Source: a bacterium (GTDB taxonomy: Bacteria; Patescibacteriota; Minisyncoccia; UBA6257; 2-01-FULL-56-20). From it: a stretch of 64,000 bases of DNA. Below the pieces are notes generated by a model that was not told the DNA's origin, ran no database searches, and was given only the letters and a program-made list of their open reading frames with translations. The number at the start of each line of letters is the position of its first letter. Within the stretch, counting starts at the first letter, position 1. The stretch covers positions 37,236 to 101,235 of the forward strand of contig DAICZW010000001.1 of assembly GCA_027310965.1 (NCBI GenBank), in the 5' to 3' direction. Below, piece by piece: positions 1 through 9,315 of this stretch. A program made the position numbers and the translations under genes.

Positions 1-230
1 GTTCGTCCCCTTGATTTTTGTTCCGTAAAATTTTTAACGACAAGACCGGGGATGGCGAAACGCGCTTTTACTTTTTGCCATTCGTTGTGCGGCAGCCGTT
101 TTTTCCAGAGCGCCTGCGGATCGGGCCGCGCCATGATGACGCCGCCGTACCGTTCCAGTTTTTCTCCGTCGCCGCTGTCCAAAAGTTCATAGCCGTCGCA
201 TCCGGCTGTTTCCGTTATGAGATAATCCAT
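1..230 (-). CDS. Class I SAM-dependent methyltransferase (RlmI/YwbD-like), N-terminal part; runs off the window
   Basis: Manual translation from ATG at 230: MDYLITETAGCDGYELLDSGDGEKLERYGGVIMARPDPQALW. The YELLDSGxGEKLERY...RPDPQALW N-terminus is typical of this family. Confidence 0.8.
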   Translation of the reverse strand, partial: MDYLITETAGCDGYELLDSGDGEKLERYGGVIMARPDPQALWKKRLPHNEWQKVKARFAIPGLVVKNFTEQKSRGR

Positions 231-355
231 AATGCAAAGTATACAGGAAACGGAAGAGAGAACATAGAATCGATTTTTTAAAATTTAAATATTACAAAAG
301 CGTGATCAAAAAGACAGCGTCGTAAGGCCCTGTCGACGCCATCGCAGATCTTTTT

Positions 356-1708
356 CTATTCCGGAAAATCGAAGCGGACAAGATTTTGGGCGGGATTGAT
401 AAGATACAGCGCGTTGTTGTCGGCGTCATAGAACGGCGCCATGCCCTGCGCCACGGTCGTGAAGTTGTCGAGGCCGGCGTCTTTGAGGTCGAGGAACGAA
501 ACGCGGTCGCCGTATTCTATGAAAAGGTGCATGGTGTCCTTATACCAGATGACGCGCCGCGCATCCGCAATATCCGGCAGATTGAAGCGGTAGTAATCGT
601 AACTATTGCCCGTGAGCGGGATGATCTCCATACTTTTGTTTTCGAGCGCCGCGACGGACGATCCGTCCGCGGTCGGCGCGAAATATTTCACGTCGTCGGC
701 GATATGCGTGACGCTGTCCGTTCCCGTATCGTAAAGATAAAGTTCGCCGTCGTTCTGAAGGATGCCGAGCATGCCGTCTTTCACCCATTTGAGGTCGCTA
801 TTTTGTCCGGGCAGGGTGGATGAAGCGGCTATCGATTCCGCGGACGTATCATAAATCATTATATCCGACGAACGCGCCGATTTTTCCGATTCCGTCCATG
901 CGATCATGTTTGTTCCGGCGGCGATGCTATCGCCGATAATTTCTTTTGCGGATATTTTTGCGGTTGCGGCTGCGGATATATTCTTAATCAGCGTTGTATT
1001 TGCATTCGCGGTATCGATAAGCCATATCTTGGACGGTCCCGCCGCGACGATCATTCCCGGATCGCGCGGATCGAAAAAGATGCTCGCAACATCGCCTTTC
1101 GCCGCGCCGCTTTTCGCGAGGATGGCGCTCAGGTCGGTTGTGCCGCCGTTTCCGGATTGGTAGAGCGAATATTTTCCGTTCGTATTATTTTTTATGATTG
1201 CGGCGCTGCCATCCTTCGCTTCATCGATAAGCGTTCCTTTGCCGATTGGCAGGCCGTCGGACGACAGCGCGCCATTCGTATTTTGGACTACTACCGTATT
1301 ATTCGCGGCGAAAAATTTTTGTACGGGTCCCTGCGCGACCGAAGTCGCATTTTGCGGGACGAGCACCGCGGATTTGAATGCGGCAACGAGAGAAGGGGAC
1401 ACCGCGGCGTTTTCGTGCCATGCGTCATAGCCGGTTTTTTCAAGTTCAAGGTCGTACGTTTTCGGAAAAAGGTTTGCAATGAGCGTGCCGCGTCCAAGGA
1501 ACGAGGAATCATTTTGAATGGGTTTTTTATCGAGGGATATCCGGGCGTCATCGGGGAATGATCGGACGAAAATGCCGCCGACTTTGCTCGCGCGCCACGT
1601 TGCCGCATCGAACCGCCATCCCTGCGCATAAAGGATGACGGCGGCGCCGATGACGAAAAATAATGCGACCAGGAGATAAAATATCAGTTTTCTTTTTTTC
1701 AGGGTCAT
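356..1708 (-). CDS. Membrane-anchored PEGA-domain / beta-propeller-like protein
   Basis: N-terminal TM helix, then YAQGWRFD...GGIFVRSFP...Y.L.LEK.GY..W (PEGA-like), then beta-rich repeats. Confidence 0.7.
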   Translation of the reverse strand: MTLKKRKLIFYLLVALFFVIGAAVILYAQGWRFDAATWRASKVGGIFVRSFPDDARISLDKKPIQNDSSFLGRGTLIANLFPKTYDLELEKTGYDAWHENAAVSPSLVAAFKSAVLVPQNATSVAQGPVQKFFAANNTVVVQNTNGALSSDGLPIGKGTLIDEAKDGSAAIIKNNTNGKYSLYQSGNGGTTDLSAILAKSGAAKGDVASIFFDPRDPGMIVAAGPSKIWLIDTANANTTLIKNISAAATAKISAKEIIGDSIAAGTNMIAWTESEKSARSSDIMIYDTSAESIAASSTLPGQNSDLKWVKDGMLGILQNDGELYLYDTGTDSVTHIADDVKYFAPTADGSSVAALENKSMEIIPLTGNSYDYYRFNLPDIADARRVIWYKDTMHLFIEYGDRVSFLDLKDAGLDNFTTVAQGMAPFYDADNNALYLINPAQNLVRFDFPE

Positions 1709-1855
1709 GGAATATACGGTAGAAACATCTATAATAGCGCATCTAAGGATATTTTGAAAGGATACGTACTACGTACAGGATATTGAAAAGACAAAGATAC
1801 TTTTATAGAAACAATCGTTTCGATAAAAGCCTTTTTTGCGCGGAAAGTTATCCAC

Positions 1856-1883
1856 TTTACAGGCGGAAAACGGTTGCTATACT
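1856..1883 (+). promoter_or_regulatory. Sigma70-type promoter for the downstream structured RNA
   Basis: TTTACA-16nt-TATACT with TG just upstream of the -10 (extended -10). Confidence 0.6.
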
Positions 1884-1889
1884 GAAAGC

Positions 1890-2006
1890 AGATCCCGTAT
1901 TAGATCTCGGATCAAACAATTACAAAAGGGATGGCGAATCATTGCGATTCTTGGATCGCAATTGAGCCGACCCACATGGCGTTACGCCTGAGATCTATCG
2001 GGATTT
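1890..2006 (+). ncRNA. Candidate compact 6S-like RNA
   Basis: Closing helix AGATCCCG..TAGATCTC pairs with GAGATCTA.CGGGATTT. A-rich central bubble with a GGCGTTACGCC hairpin on the 3' side, apical ATTGCGAT/ATCGCAAT stem. Flanked by promoter and terminator; no credible ORF. Confidence 0.55.
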
Positions 2007-2012
2007 ACAAAG

Positions 2013-2040
2013 AACCCCTGCCGTGAGCGGGGATTTTTTG
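2013..2040 (+). terminator. Intrinsic terminator after the candidate ncRNA
   Basis: CCCCTGC-CGTGA-GCGGGG hairpin followed by a T tract. Confidence 0.55.
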
Positions 2041-2159
2041 TTGAATGGTCGAGCGCCGATTTTTCTGTTTCTTTGCCTCGTTTCAAAAAAACCGCAACCG
2101 TGAAAATTATCGGGGGCGGTGAAAATCTTTTTGTGAAATGAAACAAAAAAGGAAAAAGA

Positions 2160-2191
2160 AAAACACCGCATCCGGAAAAATGCGGTGTTTT
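2160..2191 (-). terminator. Hairpin terminator of the hemerythrin gene
   Basis: AAAACACCGCAT...ATGCGGTGTTTT inverted repeat with an upstream A run (T run on the minus strand). Confidence 0.55.
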
Positions 2192-2615
2192 ATCGCAATC
2201 CGTGTTCGTGGAAAACGGCGGTATATTGTTTATCCATTACGAGGATGTGTTCTTTGAGCCAGTCGCCCGCATAAATCGCCATTGCGCGCGCTATCTTGGC
2301 GGTGTCGGATGCCGGATCTCGCAAGTCGTTAAGATATTTTTTCGTTATCCCGCGGAAAACGTCATGGGCGGCCCGGTGTACCTGCGCACCTTCATATTTG
2401 AATTCGTCAAAAAACTTTTCTTCCGTGCCAAGATGATAAAAAGAATAATCGCCGAGTTCTCCGAGATAGGTGAAGAGCATTTCCTTTTCCACCGCTTTCC
2501 CATCCGCGAAGCCAAGGATATTATTCGCAATCTCGAAGAAATGCTGGTGTTGTTCATCGATAAGCGTGACGCCTACGCTATAGTCGGGAGTCCATATATA
2601 TTTTTCCATATTCAC
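2190..2615 (-). CDS. Bacteriohemerythrin (single domain)
   Basis: W...YSVGV..IDEQH, H...EE, H...H and WLKEHILVMD diiron-ligand motifs. Confidence 0.92.
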   Translation of the reverse strand: MNMEKYIWTPDYSVGVTLIDEQHQHFFEIANNILGFADGKAVEKEMLFTYLGELGDYSFYHLGTEEKFFDEFKYEGAQVHRAAHDVFRGITKKYLNDLRDPASDTAKIARAMAIYAGDWLKEHILVMDKQYTAVFHEHGLR

Positions 2616-2712
2616 AGTATACCATATTGCACGGAAAAAAAATTATCGTGCGGTTGACAGCGAGCGAAGCGAGCGCGTTGGTTTTGAAAAAATTAAAGCA
2701 CTTCCCACTATG

Positions 2713-2783
2713 TCGGGCTGCCGGGAATTGAACCCGGTCTTTACGCACCCCATGCGCACGTACTGCCGGTATACTACAGCCCG
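2713..2783 (-). tRNA. tRNA-Pro(GGG)
   Basis: Cloverleaf: CGGGCTG/CAGCCCG acceptor stem, anticodon loop ATGGGGT, T-loop TTCAATT. Confidence 0.93.
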
Positions 2784-2879
2784 CATTTATCCAGCACCTT
2801 TTCAGAATACTTGCAGGGCCGGACGAATGCAAGGTGAATTTTTGCGGGATCGCCGGCATATTGGAAGCTACGGGAACCC

Positions 2880-3132
2880 AGAACTCGTATCAAAAGCAGG
2901 CCAGCGGGGATTGCCGGCCGTCGGCAGCGATAAAAAATGAATGCGTTCGCACATTCATTTTTTCAGAGCGAACCGGCGGATGAAATAAAGTTTCATAAAA
3001 TTTCCGAGCGAGCGGCGTGATCTCCTAACGAGAGAAACTCATGTCTTCCGAGGAGGGAATCGCGGTGCGCAGCCGGAAATGGACGCAAGACCTGCGGACC
3101 ATTTTTAGAAAAACTACTTTTGAGACGGGTTT
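2880..3132. mobile_element. MITE-like element, family A (TIR AGAACCCGTCTCAAAA...TTTTGAGACGGGTTCT)
   Basis: Shares ends and internal modules with 20616-20866 and 62726-62900. Confidence 0.7.
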
Positions 3133-3947
3133 TACTCTTTCTCGTATCTTTGATCTAAGTCGTTTACTATCTTTTTGAATGCGACAAGTTTTTGCCTCAA
3201 TGCGGGATCCAGCCGTTTTCTATAAAGTTCAAGGCCTTGTATCTGGGCGCCGAGCGTTGCAATAAAATATTTAAAGAGCCTTTTTTCGAATTCCGATTGT
3301 TCCTGCCCTTTGGCGAATTCCCTTATTCCTTTTTCGATCCTGTCTTTAGGGAGGGCGATATAGAAAAGAGGGATATGGTCCGCGGCGCCCGGCACGGCTG
3401 TTTTTTTTCCGTCCTTTTCGTCGAGGCGGAGTGCGTATTTGAGTTCCGCGCCGCCATCGTCAACGTTACGTTTCTGGACCAAGTTCTTTTTCTTCTCGTA
3501 GGCGTCGCCCGTCGTGTCGCCGACCTCGTCGAATGCGCATACCAAGTTCCCCGTTTCGCGGTCGAATATCAGCGTGTCGACATTGTGTTTTTTATCGTCG
3601 TACGGCGCCGAGCGCATCACGATGAATTTCCCGCTGAGGTTTTTTGTGAAAACGGCATAGGCGAGCATCTCAAGCTTTTCGCCGTCGGTGTGTAATTTTT
3701 TTTCCAAAAGCGCCGCGCTGTCGGTGCCTCCTTCTCTTGTGCGTTGAAAATCCTGTTCAACATCGGGATAGATGGCCTTATAAGCGCCGTTGCGCATATC
3801 AATGCGCCCGCTTTTATCCACGGGGATGCCTTCGGCGCGGTACGGCTCCGTCAAAATTTCGACAAAACTTTTAAGTTTTTCTATCCCTTCTTTTTCCTCT
3901 TCGCGTTCTATCAATGGATCGATTCCTGGCTTTTCGAATCCGGACAT
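3132..3947 (-). CDS. Hypothetical protein
   Basis: 271 aa charged ORF directly downstream of rpmB; contains DD...VD...FD acidic motifs. Confidence 0.7.
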   Translation of the reverse strand: MSGFEKPGIDPLIEREEEKEGIEKLKSFVEILTEPYRAEGIPVDKSGRIDMRNGAYKAIYPDVEQDFQRTREGGTDSAALLEKKLHTDGEKLEMLAYAVFTKNLSGKFIVMRSAPYDDKKHNVDTLIFDRETGNLVCAFDEVGDTTGDAYEKKKNLVQKRNVDDGGAELKYALRLDEKDGKKTAVPGAADHIPLFYIALPKDRIEKGIREFAKGQEQSEFEKRLFKYFIATLGAQIQGLELYRKRLDPALRQKLVAFKKIVNDLDQRYEKE

Positions 3948-3957
3948 GGGATATGTT

Positions 3958-4170
3958 TTATTTCGTGACTGCTGCTTTTGTGGTTTTATGCGGAGCTTTA
4001 TGGAGCGATTTTATGCACTGCACGCAGATGCGCGTGCGAATGCCCTTGATCGTCGCCCATTGGATGTTGGGATATTTACGGGTCCAGTTGGTCGGATTGT
4101 AATGGCCGCGGAGAAGCCGCCGGTGGCCGACCATTTTTGATCCCTTTTCGCATTGTGCGCATTTTCTCAT
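3958..4170 (-). CDS. rpmB: 50S ribosomal protein L28
   Basis: CxxC...R..YPNIQW...R.CxxC Zn-ribbon L28 pattern. Confidence 0.9.
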   Translation of the reverse strand: MRKCAQCEKGSKMVGHRRLLRGHYNPTNWTRKYPNIQWATIKGIRTRICVQCIKSLHKAPHKTTKAAVTK

Positions 4171-4321
4171 GGTAGTGATAGTATACGGTCATTGGCGGCG
4201 TCCGGTATCGTGCATTTCCACCGGCCGCTTTTCATTTGATGGGTCGAGTATAACAGTGTCGCCGCTTTTTTGCAAGCAGCATGGAAGCAATTGTCTGGAA
4301 ATAACCTCTTACGGTCCATTT

Positions 4322-4442
4322 CGTCGTCCTCGCGGAGGCGAAGATCCGTGCTTTAATAAAGAAGTAGCGATGAGGAAGAGAGCGATGAGTGATTAAGAAA
4401 AAAGATTGGAAGCATGGATCCTCCTCTTCGCGAGGACGACAG
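4322..4442. repeat. REP-like doublet, family B (TGTCGTCCYCGCGGAGGCGRGGATCC)
   Basis: Inverted pair: CGTCGTCCTCGCGGAGGCGAAGATCC and GGATCCTCCTCTTCGCGAGGACGAC. Confidence 0.75.
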
Positions 4443-4557
4443 AGGGGATAGATTTTTTCCTTCGGGGGGACGACGGAGAGAAAATGTCTCGTGCGCGGCA
4501 CAAGCGCGTATATTCTATTGTATAGAATAAAAGGCTGGCCTGCTTTTAAAACGGATT

Positions 4558-5073
4558 TTACTCCGTTTTCACGCTCAGTTTTTTCGTTTTTTTCTTGTTC
4601 ACTTTGGGGAGCCGGACCGTGAGGACGCCGTTCTTGAACGTCACGGTCGCGCCTTCCGGATCCACTTCCTGCGGGAGGATGACCGAACGGGTGAATTTTC
4701 CCCAATAGCATTCCTGATAAAGATAATTTTCGTCTCTCGCTTCTTTTTCCCGTTTGCGCGACCCCCTGATGGTTACGGAATCAGTCGTGGCGCTGACGTC
4801 GATGTTCTCGGGTTTTGTGCCTGCAATCGCGGATTCGATGACGATCTCGGACGGCGTCTGATAGACGTCAACCATGAGCTTCCCTTCCGGCTCGCCGTCG
4901 TCCCATTTTTCTTCCGCCTCGTCCTGGTCCGCGATCTTCGGTTCGGCGGCTTTCGAGCGCGCGGCGGCTATGGCGCCGGTTTCGGCTTTCGCGAACTCTA
5001 CGCCGTAATTTTCTTCGGCGCTTGAATTCGCGACCGCGAGTGTTTCAAAAAAATTTTTTTCCGATGCGTCCAT
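4558..5073 (-). CDS. Small heat shock protein, Hsp20/alpha-crystallin family
   Basis: VDVYQT...E.YWGKF.RS..LP..V....A...F.NGVL.V.LPK. Confidence 0.95.
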   Translation of the reverse strand: MDASEKNFFETLAVANSSAEENYGVEFAKAETGAIAAARSKAAEPKIADQDEAEEKWDDGEPEGKLMVDVYQTPSEIVIESAIAGTKPENIDVSATTDSVTIRGSRKREKEARDENYLYQECYWGKFTRSVILPQEVDPEGATVTFKNGVLTVRLPKVNKKKTKKLSVKTE

Positions 5074-5125
5074 GGCGATTGATAATTATTATTTTTTATA
5101 ATACGGTTTGTTTTGTGATTTTTTA

Positions 5126-5812
5126 TCAACTTATGATATCGATCGGCTTCTCTTTCAGTTTTTCAAAATCAACCAGTACGAAAAGACCGACGACGCCGAG
5201 GAATATGATCGAGTAAGCGATATTCTCATAGTTCAGTATAAGATAATTGAATGTGGCGTGCAACACGGTGGCGAGCGCGAGTCCGAAGGCGAGGAAGCGT
5301 ACCACTTTGCCGCGGATGATGCCTTTTGCCCAATAATATCCGACGACGCCCGACGCGAGGGAATGCAGGAGCGTTGCGCCAACGAAGCGGAGCGACGAGG
5401 TCTGGAAGATCGCGGCGATAAGCGCGGTCTGTTGCGGCATCGCGGCGATGGTGCCGATATTTTCGAGGGTGGCGAATCCGAGCGCGGCGACGATGGCGTA
5501 GATCATGGCGTCGACGGGCTCGGTGAAGCGCGGATCCTTATTGACGGCGAAATATGCCGCGCCGAATTTCAGGAATTCCTCTATGAATGCGAATACGATG
5601 AGCGCAATGACGGAGTATTCGCCGATGCCGGTTTCGCTGATGGCCTGCTTGAAGATCAATTCGATGCCGATGGCGAAAAGTCCGGCAATGATGCCGGCGG
5701 CAAACGCGAGCGCGATAAGCCGTTTCGGTTCGGGACGGGGATCTTCGCCGAGATAGAAAACCAGCCACGCGAAGCCGGGCGCAAGCGCAAGGATCAGCGA
5801 AAAGAGGAGCAT
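5126..5812 (-). CDS. prsW: PrsW-family intramembrane metalloprotease
   Basis: PEP, EEFLKF, GFATLEN and H..FN motifs. Confidence 0.9.
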   Translation of the reverse strand: MLLFSLILALAPGFAWLVFYLGEDPRPEPKRLIALAFAAGIIAGLFAIGIELIFKQAISETGIGEYSVIALIVFAFIEEFLKFGAAYFAVNKDPRFTEPVDAMIYAIVAALGFATLENIGTIAAMPQQTALIAAIFQTSSLRFVGATLLHSLASGVVGYYWAKGIIRGKVVRFLAFGLALATVLHATFNYLILNYENIAYSIIFLGVVGLFVLVDFEKLKEKPIDIIS

Positions 5813-5935
5813 GGGTTTATTTTATCACATTGTTGCGCCACGCCCGCGCCGCCGAGGCATGTTGCCGGGAAATATACTTCGTAAAATTTTAATTTAAAAA
5901 GAAAAAAGCCGATCCATGAAGGACCAGCTTTATTT

Positions 5936-6685
5936 TTATAATCCGAAAATCATCTTCAGGCCGAGCAACCCTCCGATGATCACGAAAAGCAACTTTATAA
6001 ATTTGTTGCCTTTCTTTTGCACATGCCTTGATCCGAGATATGCGCCCGCAACCGATCCGGTTGCCGCGAAAATCATCATAGGAATGTCGTAATATCCGCG
6101 TTGAATGAACAGGATTGCGGCGAACAATGCCCATGAAAACGAGATGAGGTAGTAATGGGCGAGTCCATCCTTAAAATCGAACCCGTTTGTATGAACAGTC
6201 AGCGATGTAAACATAATGCCGTTCGCTGAACCGAACACTGTCTCGTAAAACCCGAGGACCAGCGCAAACGGCCATGCAATCGCCTGACGGAAGCGCGAAT
6301 AGACGTGATGTTCGCTAAGTCCGAAACCTTTCCTGAAGTAGGTATATACTGCCAGGAAGACGATGATAATACCCACGACGATTGCGAGAATCCGCTGATT
6401 CACGTCAATCGCGAAGATTACGCCGGCGTAGCAGCCGATAAGTCCCACGATTGAAAATATGGCGACGAGTGGCCAATGTATTTTCCTCCCGCCTTTCAGA
6501 TAATTCCTCGCCGCAGGAAGAACCCATGCCGCGGAATTCACCGATGAAACGGCGGCGACCAGTGGATACGACACTCCCATAGAAAGGAGGACTGGAAAAA
6601 GAATAACCCCCGCGCCGCCGCCCGACATCGAACTTAATCCTGCCGCGACGAACGCGATCGCGAAAATTAAAATATCTTGTAGCAT
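5936..6685 (-). CDS. Sulfite exporter TauE/SafE family permease
   Basis: GGGAG..LFP.L motif, about 8 TM helices, G..AGAYLG. Confidence 0.88.
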   Translation of the reverse strand: MLQDILIFAIAFVAAGLSSMSGGGAGVILFPVLLSMGVSYPLVAAVSSVNSAAWVLPAARNYLKGGRKIHWPLVAIFSIVGLIGCYAGVIFAIDVNQRILAIVVGIIIVFLAVYTYFRKGFGLSEHHVYSRFRQAIAWPFALVLGFYETVFGSANGIMFTSLTVHTNGFDFKDGLAHYYLISFSWALFAAILFIQRGYYDIPMMIFAATGSVAGAYLGSRHVQKKGNKFIKLLFVIIGGLLGLKMIFGL

Positions 6686-6834
6686 TTGTTGCCTCCTTTT
6701 AAAGAATTACCGGATATCTCTCCGGCGAGTGGCCGCGAGGCCTTATTTTTTTATCTATTTAATTATCAAAGAACATTGTTATATCATAGCTTATCTTTAA
6801 TTAAATGTCAAATCCTTGGACGCGACCAACCTTG

Positions 6835-9129
6835 CTACCATTTTTCCGCCATCAGTATTTTTTCCGGGCGGAATTTCCGCCAGACGGCTTCCGTGACGAA
6901 CGGCATGAAAGGATGGAGCAGTTTCATGGAGCCGAGGAGGAGCGACTCGAGGATTGCGTATGATGCCGCTTTTTCCGCTTCCGTGCCGTTCTTTAAATTT
7001 TCTTTTTCCGTTTCGATGATTTTGTCCGCAAACGTGTGCCAGATATAGCGGTACATTTTTTCCGCGCCGAGGTGGAACTCGAAATTTTCGATATGCGCCG
7101 TCACTTCGGATTTCAATGCTTCAAATTCTTTGAGATATATTTCATGGCGCTCGTTTTTTTTCATTTCTCCGTTTTCCGCTCTCCATTCTGAATTCTGCAT
7201 TATGAACCGCGCGATATTCCATATTTTCGTCGAAAAGTTCCGGTAGCCGCGGATGCGGTCTTCGGAAAGCTTGATATCGTTGCCGGGCGCAGCGCCGATG
7301 ATGAGCGAAAGACGTGTGGCATCGGCGCCGTACTTGTCCGCCATTTCCAAAGGGTCGATGCCGTTGCCTTTTGATTTCGACATTTTCCGCCCTTTCGCAT
7401 CGCGCACGAGGCCGTGCAGATACACTTTATGGAAGGGGACTTCGCCCATAAGACACGTTGACATAAGGATCATCCGCGCGATCCAGAAGAAAAGGATGTC
7501 GTAGCCCGTCTCGAGTACGGAATTCGGAAAATAATTTTTCAGATCCGCTGTTTCGTCGGGCCAATTGAATACCGAGAACGGCCAAAGCCCCGACGAGAAC
7601 CAGGTATCGAGCGTATCGGGATCCTGTTGCCAGCCGTCGCCTTCCGGCGGCTCAATGTCGACGTAGAATTTTTCAGGCTGTTCTTTGGCTAAATCCGTCT
7701 GCGTCAACAAAGATTCATCGTCGATATCCTTATACCATGCCGGGATCCGATGCCCGAACCAGATCTGCCGCGAAACGCACCAGTCGCGGAGATTATCGAT
7801 CCAATTGAAATAGATCTTCTCGAAGCGGCCGGGGAGAATTTTTACTTTACCGCTTTCTACGGCATCGCGCATTAATTCTTTCAATGTTCTTTCTTCGTCT
7901 TTTTCATTGAAAGCGCGGATCTCCGCCTTCGCGGGGACGGCATCGGAATGTCGTTTTCCGGTTTTTGCCGCAAACGGCTTGTTCACCATTATGAACCACT
8001 GCAGTTTCGGCAGCGGTTCGATGATGCCACCGGTGCGTTCGGCCGTCGCGACATTTTGTGAAATTTCCTCTTCTTTTTCGATAAGATTCGCGTTGCGCAA
8101 CAGTGCAACGACCGCTTCGCGCGCTTCCGCGGTTTTTTTACCGTATACCGTTTCGCCGCCGACTGTCATCTTCCCGTATTCGTCGATGATCTGTTTAAAG
8201 GGGAGGCCGTGCCGCCGCGCGATTTCTCCGTCGATCACGCTGTGCGCGGGCGTCACGCCCAACGCGCCCGTTCCGAAATCTTTTTCAACCGACTGGTCGG
8301 CGATGATTTTAATGTGAAGCGCTGCGCCGCAGAATGCCACATCGTATTCTTTGCCGGCGAATTTCTTATACCGTTCATCGTCGGGATGGATTGCGACGGC
8401 CACGTCGCCGAATTTCGTTTCCGGCCGCGTGGTTGAAATGGCGACAGGGAAGAGTTTATCTTTTTCCGGACCGCTCAGGATTTTCCCGTAGCGGAACGTA
8501 TAGAGTTTTGTTTTCCGTTCTTCATAGACAATTTCATCGTCCGAGATGACGGTTTGACCTTTCGGGTCCCAATTCACCACGCGAAAATTGCGCTCAATGA
8601 GCCCCCTGTCGTACATCTCCTTGAATGCCGTCCGGACAGCGCGGCTGCGCGTTTCGTCCAGCGTATATGCTTCGCGGCTCCAATCCAAAGAAGCGCCGAG
8701 CCGTTTTATCTGCCGTACGATCGTATCATGGCTTTCCTGCGCGAACGCGTTCACGCGCGAGAGGAATTCTTCGCGCCCGAGATCGTGGCGGTTCTTTTTT
8801 TCTTCTTTCAATATCTTTTTCTCGACTTTCGATTGCGTGGCGATGGCGGCATGGTCGGTACCGGGCACCCAGAGCGTCCGTTTGCCGTTCATGCGGTGGT
8901 AGCGTACCATGACGTCCTCGACGGCAAGCATTGCCGCGTGCCCCATATGCAGTTCGCCCGTCACATTCGGCGGCGGCAATATAATAGAGAACGGTTCCGC
9001 GTCCGCCGCCGTCACTCCGTTTTCTGCGCAGATATCGGGGTTGAAATATCCCGACTCTTCCCAGAGCTTATAAATCTTCTCTTCGCTTTTGACGTGGTCG
9101 TAGCGGGGTTCGAATTCGTTTTCGTCCAT
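6835..9129 (-). CDS. valS: Valine--tRNA ligase (short form without the C-terminal coiled coil)
   Basis: PPPNVTG.LHMGH, DWCVSRQIWFGH, DTLDTWFSS and KMSKS motifs. Confidence 0.97.
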   Translation of the reverse strand: MDENEFEPRYDHVKSEEKIYKLWEESGYFNPDICAENGVTAADAEPFSIILPPPNVTGELHMGHAAMLAVEDVMVRYHRMNGKRTLWVPGTDHAAIATQSKVEKKILKEEKKNRHDLGREEFLSRVNAFAQESHDTIVRQIKRLGASLDWSREAYTLDETRSRAVRTAFKEMYDRGLIERNFRVVNWDPKGQTVISDDEIVYEERKTKLYTFRYGKILSGPEKDKLFPVAISTTRPETKFGDVAVAIHPDDERYKKFAGKEYDVAFCGAALHIKIIADQSVEKDFGTGALGVTPAHSVIDGEIARRHGLPFKQIIDEYGKMTVGGETVYGKKTAEAREAVVALLRNANLIEKEEEISQNVATAERTGGIIEPLPKLQWFIMVNKPFAAKTGKRHSDAVPAKAEIRAFNEKDEERTLKELMRDAVESGKVKILPGRFEKIYFNWIDNLRDWCVSRQIWFGHRIPAWYKDIDDESLLTQTDLAKEQPEKFYVDIEPPEGDGWQQDPDTLDTWFSSGLWPFSVFNWPDETADLKNYFPNSVLETGYDILFFWIARMILMSTCLMGEVPFHKVYLHGLVRDAKGRKMSKSKGNGIDPLEMADKYGADATRLSLIIGAAPGNDIKLSEDRIRGYRNFSTKIWNIARFIMQNSEWRAENGEMKKNERHEIYLKEFEALKSEVTAHIENFEFHLGAEKMYRYIWHTFADKIIETEKENLKNGTEAEKAASYAILESLLLGSMKLLHPFMPFVTEAVWRKFRPEKILMAEKW

Positions 9130-9315
9130 ACGGGTATTGTAAGCGATTTTTCAGGCGTTTGTCATCTGTCTTCGTTTGCTATCCTGTTTTTGATGGTTGT
9201 TAAAAACAGGATAGCAAACGAATATGAACGCTTTCGCAAACCGATAAATAGGAAGGTATAAAAATACTTTTATCGAAACAATCGTTCCGATAAAAGTATT
9301 TTTGCATTGCGCGTA

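Noticed and set aside
3132-3947. PD-(D/E)xK nuclease call for the hypothetical protein
   Set aside because: The acidic motifs are suggestive but too weak to support without a profile search.
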